From positions 1 through 64,000 of the IMG/VR virus record IMGVR_UViG_3300037234_000386: a DNA stretch of 64,000 bases. The stretch is one strand, 5' to 3'. Each line of letters begins with the position of its first letter. Position 1 is the stretch's first letter. The position numbers and the translations under genes were made by a program. The notes under the pieces were generated by a model that was given only the letters and a program-made list of their open reading frames with translations, was not told the origin of the DNA and ran no database searches. The stretch comes from a virus. Shown here one piece after another: positions 8,705-15,103 of the stretch.

Positions 8705-9168
8705 AACGGAAATAATAAGAAGCGTACGGAATAACCTGAGAATTTAAAACGAGTAATAATTTAAAATAAAAAAAAGCGATGGAAAATTTTGGAAAATTTA
8801 TGACACTAGTAATGGCTATGATTATTAGCCCGATTGTAAGCGGTTTTGTAACTATGAAGTTATGGTTTTGGTTTATGGTTCCAATATTTGGAATGAACCC
8901 ACTTAGATTAGTTGAAGCGATTGGATTAATGTTTTTAATTAATTACCTGAAGTTTAGAAAAACAAAGCCTACGGATAAGGATAAGTTTTGGCTTGAATTT
9001 ACAGAAAGTATAATTACTGTGATACTTATAGCTGCTGTGGCTTTGTTTAGCGGTTGGATAGTACAGAAGTTTATGTAAAGTGTGCGTAGGCTTTTTATTT
9101 TAAATTGCCTCAGTTTACACGAATGAAGCCACGAGCTACGGCACTAAGTATGCTTTTTATTTAGTGTT
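8705..9168 (+). repeat. attC-like site 10 (gene in loop)
   Basis: AAC GGAAAT AATAAGAAGCGTAC ... GTATGCTTTTTATTT AGT GTT; followed by gene-less segment GTTGTACGC...GCGTACAAC. Confidence 0.8.
8779..9078 (+). CDS. cassette 10 loop gene, membrane protein
   Basis: Three hydrophobic segments, LWFWFMVPIFG motif. Confidence 0.8.
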   Translation: MENFGKFMTLVMAMIISPIVSGFVTMKLWFWFMVPIFGMNPLRLVEAIGLMFLINYLKFRKTKPTDKDKFWLEFTESIITVILIAAVALFSGWIVQKFM

Positions 9169-9243
9169 GTACGCTGTGCTTTTTATAAGATGCTGAGAGG
9201 GTAATTATTAAGAACCAATAAAAACCTTTTTAGCATTGCGTAC

Positions 9244-9450
9244 AACGTGGATGGGCTATGAGTAGTATTTTTAACGAATTTGAAACACTAAACTAAAATT
9301 ATACATAATGATAACAGATGCTAAGATAAAACAAGGAATGGAGAAAGCTTATAAAAAAGCAGGACATAATACCTACTTCAGCAATGGTTTTGAAGCGGGG
9401 GTAAGGTTTGCACTAGAACAAGTTAAAAATATTACTTATGAGCCTGTGTT
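9244..9450 (+). repeat. attC-like site 11
   Basis: AAC GTGG ATGGGCTATGAGTAGTATTTTTAAC ... GTTAAAAATATTACTTATGAGCCTGT GTT; extra G. Confidence 0.9.
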
Positions 9451-9592
9451 AAGCGTTGTTGATTCAGATGCAAAAGAAGAGAAAGAAAAAATAATAACAG
9501 CAATACTTTATGAGCACATGGATCATCACAGCGGAAAAGTTTCAGAATTAGATTTTGATGCAGTTGTTGCAGACGTAATTAAACATACGTAA
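9308..9592 (+). CDS. cassette 11 gene, hypothetical
   Basis: Reads through right arm (VKNITYEPVLSVV); segment GTTAAGCGTTGTT / AATAACGCTTAAC. Confidence 0.75.
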   Translation: MITDAKIKQGMEKAYKKAGHNTYFSNGFEAGVRFALEQVKNITYEPVLSVVDSDAKEEKEKIITAILYEHMDHHSGKVSELDFDAVVADVIKHT

Positions 9593-9593
9593 T

Positions 9594-9631
9594 AACGCTT
9601 AACATATATTATCCTTAATGTAGTTAATCAA
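9594..9631 (-). other. putative attI-like primary recombination site
   Basis: Last AAC (9601-9603) is not followed by a hairpin. The minus strand reads GATA-ATATAT-GTT, the same xWTA-N6-GTT geometry as the hairpin arms, and sits next to the recombinase start. Confidence 0.6.
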
Positions 9632-10465
9632 TTGACACAAAAATACTTAAAAATGGAATTGACAGAGTTATTAAAAAAATATGACAACAACTTAAACCTT
9701 AAATATGATTCTAAAAATACTAAAGATGGTTATAGGAATGCGATCAATAGATATATAAAGGACAATGATAGGGTTTACAGAATGTCTACCGACAATATAA
9801 AGCAATATATGTCTAATTTTAGAAAAATATACTCTAACTCTTATTTTAATATTATGGGATCATCATTAATTTTACTTTACCGAGATGTGTTAAATCAACC
9901 ATTAAAAATGAAGTGGTTTAAGTCTATAAAAACAGAACGAAAGTTTCATCGGATAATAACTAATGATGAATTTATTCAGATGATGAAAAATGCTAAAAAT
10001 TTAAAACATAAGGTGATTTTAATAATACTTTATTCGACAGGAATAAGAGAAACTGAGTTAATAAACATTAAACTCTCAGATATTGATTTTAACTCTAAGA
10101 GAATTTTTATCAAATCGTTAAAGAATGGTAAAAACAGATATTCTCCACTAAAAGAATTAACTGAGCGTTACATTAAAGCATATATCAGAGGATGGAGCCC
10201 TAAAGAGTATCTTTTGAATGGTCAAAATACATTAAAATACTCCACAAGCAGTGTATTTCAAATGATAAAAAAGGTTTCTGAAGGTAAAGTTAATCCTCAC
10301 TTATTTCGTCATACTTTCGCCACACTTATGATTGAACATGAAGATGTGTTTTACACACAAGAATTATTAGGGCAAAGAAATCTTAATAGTACATTACATT
10401 ACAATCACATTTCTCAAGAAAGATTAATTAAATCATTTAATCCACTAGACAAAATAGCAAGTTAA
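9632..10465 (+). CDS. tyrosine recombinase (integron-integrase-related, lacks IntI-specific insertion)
   Basis: YSTGIR, KNGKNR, HLFRHTFAT, ELLGQ, catalytic Y in TLHYNH, C-terminal NPLD; alternative start ATG 9653. Confidence 0.93.
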   Translation: MTQKYLKMELTELLKKYDNNLNLKYDSKNTKDGYRNAINRYIKDNDRVYRMSTDNIKQYMSNFRKIYSNSYFNIMGSSLILLYRDVLNQPLKMKWFKSIKTERKFHRIITNDEFIQMMKNAKNLKHKVILIILYSTGIRETELINIKLSDIDFNSKRIFIKSLKNGKNRYSPLKELTERYIKAYIRGWSPKEYLLNGQNTLKYSTSSVFQMIKKVSEGKVNPHLFRHTFATLMIEHEDVFYTQELLGQRNLNSTLHYNHISQERLIKSFNPLDKIAS

Positions 10466-10467
10466 TT

Positions 10468-10737
10468 ATGAAAACACAGGGAAACGAAATTTTAATATTA
10501 CCGGATGAAAATCCAGCAGAAACGAAAACAGGTATCATCATACCTAAAACAGCTAGTAAATTAAAGCCATCTGGAATAGTTATTGGCTGTGGAGATGGTT
10601 GCAAAACGGCTTACAAGGGAGCTAGAGTACTTTATAGTCCTAAAAATGGAAGTATAATGGATATTGAAGGTAAAGAACACCATGTCATTAGAGAAGAGCA
10701 ATTATACTATGTTTATGGGAAAGAAACAGATAGTTAA
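10468..10737 (+). CDS. GroES/Cpn10-like co-chaperonin
   Basis: ETKTGIIIP mobile loop, GIVIGCGDG, GARVLY, IREEQL. Confidence 0.85.
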   Translation: MKTQGNEILILPDENPAETKTGIIIPKTASKLKPSGIVIGCGDGCKTAYKGARVLYSPKNGSIMDIEGKEHHVIREEQLYYVYGKETDS

Positions 10738-11149
10738 TAACTACAGGTGTACGAAAGTTGCTCGTAAATTCATGTATCGTTACTTAATGCCTTTAAACAA
10801 AAGGGTTGAAGAGGCAAGGGTTATTATGTCTGATGAGAATAGAACTTGGGAGCATGGGCAAAAAGAGAGATCTCAGAATAAATTTATCCTGATGGATACT
10901 GAGAACATTGATATGCATTCTTTTTATCATGAAACCATGAAATTAGCAGAACAGCATGAGAATATAGTGACTGAACTGACGGAAATATACTCAAAATGGT
11001 ACAATAAAATATCTTCAAAAGGCAAGCAGCCAAAAGAGATGATGAGTATGCAAGCAGCAGAGTTACAATCTATTTTTACAAAAATATATGAAGCCATTGA
11101 ACCATTAAAACTTGAACTTAAACCACCCGAAGGGTATAAAACAAAATAG
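10664..11149 (+). CDS. hypothetical helical protein (true start probably downstream)
   Basis: ORF fills the gap between GroES and YqaJ. Confidence 0.6.
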   Translation: MKVKNTMSLEKSNYTMFMGKKQIVNNYRCTKVARKFMYRYLMPLNKRVEEARVIMSDENRTWEHGQKERSQNKFILMDTENIDMHSFYHETMKLAEQHENIVTELTEIYSKWYNKISSKGKQPKEMMSMQAAELQSIFTKIYEAIEPLKLELKPPEGYKTK

Positions 11150-11151
11150 CT

Positions 11152-12261
11152 ATGAAAAAACATTTAAAAGTTTATCACATGAAAGAACATTCTCCAGAGT
11201 GGTATGCTTTTAGAGAGAATGGAATCGGAGGTTCGGAGTGTGCTAATGCAATAGGAATGGGGCATCCTAAATATAGTTGTCCAGCAGTATTATATCATGA
11301 AAAAGTAGGAACACATCCTCCTATTCAAAAAGACAATGAGAGAATGTTTTGGGGACGAAAGAACGAGGATAATATTGCTGAGGTATGGAAATACTACGAC
11401 AATACTACTGATGGATATATTGAAAATTACAAAAACAAAACTATTGTTCGCAATTGTCGCAACGTAAATGGATATGTTGTTAATCCTAATTATCCTTGGT
11501 TATTTGCCTCATTAGATCGAGTGATGAACAAAGAAGGCGGCATTAATTTCATTACAGCAGAGCCATTGGAACAAGAAGCTATTTTGGAATGTAAAAATGT
11601 AGGTCAATATGCTGCAAACACTTGGGAAGATGGCATACCAATGTATTTCCTTATTCAAGTACACGAATACATGATAGTATTAGAAACTGATTATGCAGAA
11701 GTAGCAATGCTTGTTGATGGTGGAAGACTTGAAGTCGTTAAGCTAAATCGAGACGATAAGCTTTGTGAACAGATTATACGAATGACAAAATCATTTTGGT
11801 ACGATAGGGTTGTTCCTGCAAAAGAAGCCTTTGCAAAACAACAAGAAGCTGACAAGGCAGGGAACATGAATGAGTCTGAAAAACATGAAGCTATTATACA
11901 GCATTTGGAGCCAGAACCAAATGATTCCGAAGCTTACAACGCCTTTATGAATGAAAAGTTTGTTAAGGAAAGAGAATCGGTTCAAGGCAACATGGATCTA
12001 CTCAAGTTGGGAAGAAAATACCACTTGTTAAATAAGATCATTAAAAAGCTGGATGCCGAAAAACAACTTATAAAGAATGTTTTTGCTAAATTTTTAACAG
12101 TTAATGGCTCTGAATCAGTAGATTTTGGTAGTAGTGGTCGGATTAATTGGTCCTCAAGAAAAGGATCTAGCAGCAGAACATTTGGTAATAAACTTAAAGA
12201 AAAACCTTCTGACGATATTGTAGAAGATGAAGTGAGTAAACTAGATCTGGATTGTTTTTAA
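11152..12261 (+). CDS. YqaJ/lambda-exonuclease family nuclease
   Basis: EWxxxRxxGIGGSE, WGxxNE, ASLDR, LECK, Y-x-x-QV-x-x-YM. Confidence 0.92.
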   Translation: MKKHLKVYHMKEHSPEWYAFRENGIGGSECANAIGMGHPKYSCPAVLYHEKVGTHPPIQKDNERMFWGRKNEDNIAEVWKYYDNTTDGYIENYKNKTIVRNCRNVNGYVVNPNYPWLFASLDRVMNKEGGINFITAEPLEQEAILECKNVGQYAANTWEDGIPMYFLIQVHEYMIVLETDYAEVAMLVDGGRLEVVKLNRDDKLCEQIIRMTKSFWYDRVVPAKEAFAKQQEADKAGNMNESEKHEAIIQHLEPEPNDSEAYNAFMNEKFVKERESVQGNMDLLKLGRKYHLLNKIIKKLDAEKQLIKNVFAKFLTVNGSESVDFGSSGRINWSSRKGSSSRTFGNKLKEKPSDDIVEDEVSKLDLDCF

Positions 12262-12274
12262 ACTAACAAGAGCT

Positions 12275-12583
12275 ATGGACCAATCAGAAGCCGTTAAGAA
12301 AATATTGAGCGAGATGAAGGCAAATGGGATTGTATCTCCCGCCTTCACTCACAAAGCCACTATATTTTTATCAATGCTTTATGGTATTGGATATGACAAG
12401 GGAATAGCTCATAAATCTCATTCAAAGAGGGTTGGAAGATATGACAAATATGGTAATTGCACAGCAACTTATGATAGTGCTGAACAGGCTGGCAGAAAGA
12501 ATGATTGTGATGCAAGCACGATTGCTAAGGCAGCAAGAGGAGTAATTACGAGCGCAAAGGGAAATTTTTACAAATACATATAA
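12275..12583 (+). CDS. NUMOD1-like DNA-binding protein
   Basis: YDKYGN...YDSAEQAGR...STIAKAARG...SAKG.FYKY. Confidence 0.65.
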   Translation: MDQSEAVKKILSEMKANGIVSPAFTHKATIFLSMLYGIGYDKGIAHKSHSKRVGRYDKYGNCTATYDSAEQAGRKNDCDASTIAKAARGVITSAKGNFYKYI

Positions 12584-12586
12584 GCT

Positions 12587-12895
12587 ATGGCAATAAAGAC
12601 AGTAGTAGAGGTTATGAAGCCTGTTTATAACGAAAAGGAACAGCAATTGGATGTTGATGGTGAGGTTTGGGACGAAAGTTCGGAAAAGGAGCCTCAAATG
12701 GAGCCACAAACATTTTATCTTCTCCATTTCGGATTGCAACCTAACTTCGTTTACGATAAAGACGGAAAAGTTATCCCATATTCGGAAACAATGGGAATTT
12801 GTCAACACATGGAATCAGGGCATATACAATTAATACACCCTACACAGCTAAGGGTGCTGGGAGTTGCTGAAATACAAAAGAGAGGACTTGTTTAA
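12587..12895 (+). CDS. hypothetical protein
   Basis: ORF coupled (TAATG) to RusA gene. Confidence 0.65.
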   Translation: MAIKTVVEVMKPVYNEKEQQLDVDGEVWDESSEKEPQMEPQTFYLLHFGLQPNFVYDKDGKVIPYSETMGICQHMESGHIQLIHPTQLRVLGVAEIQKRGLV

Positions 12896-13335
12896 TGTGT
12901 GAAAATAAAAAAATAGTACTAACTGTTTATGGTGTTCCTCAGGCTTTAAAAAGGCATAGACACAAAGCAATAGGTAAATTTGTCCAAACCTACGATCCTT
13001 CATGTGAGGATAAGGAAAATTTTCTTTGGAAGGCTATCTCTGAGAATAAACCAGATGCACCAATGATAGGAGCAATTGAACTAAATATAATATTCTACAT
13101 GCCCAGACCAAAAAGTCACTATGGAAGTGGTAAGAATGAAACTGTTTTGAAAAAGAGTGCACCTAAATATCATACAAAAAAGCCGGATCTTGATAACATG
13201 ATTAAATTCGTCAAGGATGCTTTGAATGGCGTTTATTGGAAAGATGATTGTCAGATTTATAAGCTAGACGATACACAGAAAGTCTATACATTAATGACTC
13301 CGCGAATAGAAATTGTGATAGAAGAAATAAATTAA
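12895..13335 (+). CDS. rusA: RusA-family Holliday junction resolvase
   Basis: KPDLDNMIKFVKDALNGVYWKDDCQI signature. Confidence 0.92.
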   Translation: MCENKKIVLTVYGVPQALKRHRHKAIGKFVQTYDPSCEDKENFLWKAISENKPDAPMIGAIELNIIFYMPRPKSHYGSGKNETVLKKSAPKYHTKKPDLDNMIKFVKDALNGVYWKDDCQIYKLDDTQKVYTLMTPRIEIVIEEIN

Positions 13336-13356
13336 TTTACAAAAACCAATAAAATT

Positions 13357-13659
13357 ATGTCAAAAAAACAGAACAACATGTTCTTCATATCTGGAAGAGT
13401 GATTGAAGTGATTATGCCCACGCGTTATTCAGAGAAGTTCAGCAAATCAGGAATAGTACTTGAGGTATTTGCCAACGGGCGCAGAAACGAAGTATTGATT
13501 GATTTCATAAATTCAAATATGGGAATCACTCTAGGAATAAATGCTGGGATGTGGGTTAATATTGATTTTATGATAGGTGGAAAAAAACACGTTAACGACA
13601 GTGGTATTGCAAAATTTTATCCATCTCTAGAAGGAATCAGCTGCACCAAGGAGGATTAA
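13357..13659 (+). CDS. DUF3127-like OB-fold single-stranded DNA-binding protein
   Basis: ISGRVIEV...FSK..IVLE...DF...G..V.IDF.I.G...FY.SL.G pattern. Confidence 0.65.
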   Translation: MSKKQNNMFFISGRVIEVIMPTRYSEKFSKSGIVLEVFANGRRNEVLIDFINSNMGITLGINAGMWVNIDFMIGGKKHVNDSGIAKFYPSLEGISCTKED

Positions 13660-13661
13660 CC

Positions 13662-14243
13662 ATGAAAAATGCTAAAGTAAAAATATCGTTTCAAAAGGCT
13701 ATAGGTGTGGCTAGGAGATTTTTAGCATTGATTGAACCTTGTATTGAGAAAGCTGAAATTGCCGGATCCTTGCGCAGGCAGTGCAAACACGTATCTGAAA
13801 TAGTGATAGTATGCGTAGAAAACAGGGAAAATGAGTTAAGTAATCTATTTCACAAGGATTACCCGGGAATGATCGTTAATGGAAAAAAGCTCAAGCGTTT
13901 TGAGTATCCAAAAGACAGCATCCAGATTGAATTACATATAGTGGCCGCCTCTGATTACGGGAGAATGTTGGCGATACGTACAGGCAGTTCCGCTTTTATG
14001 CATATAAAACTGAGCATCACATGGAATCGTTTAGGCTTTTGTAGCACTGAGCATGGACTACGCAGAAAAAAAGAATGTGAAAAGAAAGGGAAAAAATGGG
14101 TAGTCAAGGCAGAATATATTGGCAAGGAGACGAAACCGGTAGCATTCAAAACCGAATACGACTTCTTTAATTTCCTTGGCATTGAATACACGCTCCCAAA
14201 CGAAAGAAATTGGACTAGCGTGAGAGGAGAATTGAACTATTAA
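13662..14243 (+). CDS. family X polymerase/nucleotidyltransferase-like protein with degenerate active site
   Basis: IAGSLRR, RTGS, TEYDFF..LG.EY..P.ER thumb motif. Confidence 0.8.
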   Translation: MKNAKVKISFQKAIGVARRFLALIEPCIEKAEIAGSLRRQCKHVSEIVIVCVENRENELSNLFHKDYPGMIVNGKKLKRFEYPKDSIQIELHIVAASDYGRMLAIRTGSSAFMHIKLSITWNRLGFCSTEHGLRRKKECEKKGKKWVVKAEYIGKETKPVAFKTEYDFFNFLGIEYTLPNERNWTSVRGELNY

Positions 14244-14396
14244 ATTTTTTTCGTATATTGCAGATGCTTAATTAATCTATCTAAAATGAAACACCATCGT
14301 AAAATATAAATCAGTCCCCACGCAAAGGTAATTCCCTTCTCTTTAGAATAGAATTAATTAAGCAACCTTTGTGTCGGGGATTTTATTTTTATTATT

Positions 14397-15083
14397 ATGT
14401 GCAGGAGGATCGAATATTTATCAGGAAAAATTATTGGAGAAAATAACATTGTCTACATAAAACCAGCTCCATATTATTTTTTTAAAGGAGGCAAAATGAG
14501 ACAGGATGAGTTCCTTTGTTTTTGTGGAAATAAATTTATTTCATCGCCATCAAAAGTTAAAAGTGGACATACTAGTTGTTGTGGATGCTTGGGAAAAGAA
14601 CGTTTTAAAAATAGGTTTTTAAAACACGGACTATCAGGAAGCCGACTTTACAAAAGATGGATAGATATAAAAAAGAGAACCAATAACCCAAATCACAAAC
14701 ACTACGGACATTATGGAGGACGGGGTATCAAGATGTGTGATGAGTGGATTAATGATCCCAAGGCATTTATTGACTACTGCAAAACCTTGGAGGGATGTAA
14801 TGATAAAACATTAAGTTTAGATAGGAAAGTTAATGATGGAAACTATGAACCTGGTAATATTAGGTTTACGAGTGCAAAGATACAAGCATTAAATAGGCGA
14901 GTGGCGAAAAACAACACAGCAAAAAAATCAGGAGTTCATTATAATAAAAACAGTAAAAAATGGAATGCCTGTATATATGTTGACGGAAAATGCAAGAATC
15001 TTTATTACGGTGATTCCAAAGAAGAAGCAATTGCAGCAAGAGTAGAATTTGAAAAAGTATATTTTAAAGAACTAGGAGTATAA
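14397..15083 (+). CDS. HNH-type homing endonuclease with AP2-like C-terminus
   Basis: SCCGC, RLYKRW, YGGRGIKMCDEW, SLDRKVNDGNYEPGNIRF, GVHY...KWNACI. Confidence 0.85.
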   Translation: MCRRIEYLSGKIIGENNIVYIKPAPYYFFKGGKMRQDEFLCFCGNKFISSPSKVKSGHTSCCGCLGKERFKNRFLKHGLSGSRLYKRWIDIKKRTNNPNHKHYGHYGGRGIKMCDEWINDPKAFIDYCKTLEGCNDKTLSLDRKVNDGNYEPGNIRFTSAKIQALNRRVAKNNTAKKSGVHYNKNSKKWNACIYVDGKCKNLYYGDSKEEAIAARVEFEKVYFKELGV

Positions 15084-15103
15084 ATTTAAAACAAGTAAAT
15101 ATT

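Larger units (their letters stand above)
4308..9603. mobile_element. integron-like array of 11 gene cassettes
   Basis: 11 attC-like hairpins. The GTT-proximal sequence after each hairpin is complementary to the sequence ending at the next AAC/AAT. Cassettes approx. 4310-4740, 4741-5405, 5406-5786, 5787-6154, 6155-6916, 6917-7262, 7263-7917, 7918-8220, 8221-8706, 8707-9245, 9246-9602. Array is adjacent to a tyrosine recombinase. Confidence 0.88.

Noticed and set aside
4308-9603. CRISPR array or simple terminator/REP repeats as an explanation for the periodic hairpins
   Set aside because: Units share structure but not sequence, contain whole genes, and show cross-unit end complementarity. They have no constant repeat and no U-tails.
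4308-9603. Shufflon (invertible segments), since segments are flanked by inverted repeats
   Set aside because: All genes are on one strand and each inverted-repeat pair has a different sequence. Excision/integration fits better, although inversion is not formally excluded.
9632-10465. Ordinary prophage integrase marking an attL/attR boundary
   Set aside because: It is embedded in a co-oriented phage operon with phage genes on both sides, has no arm-binding N-terminal domain, and no host genes are present in the window.
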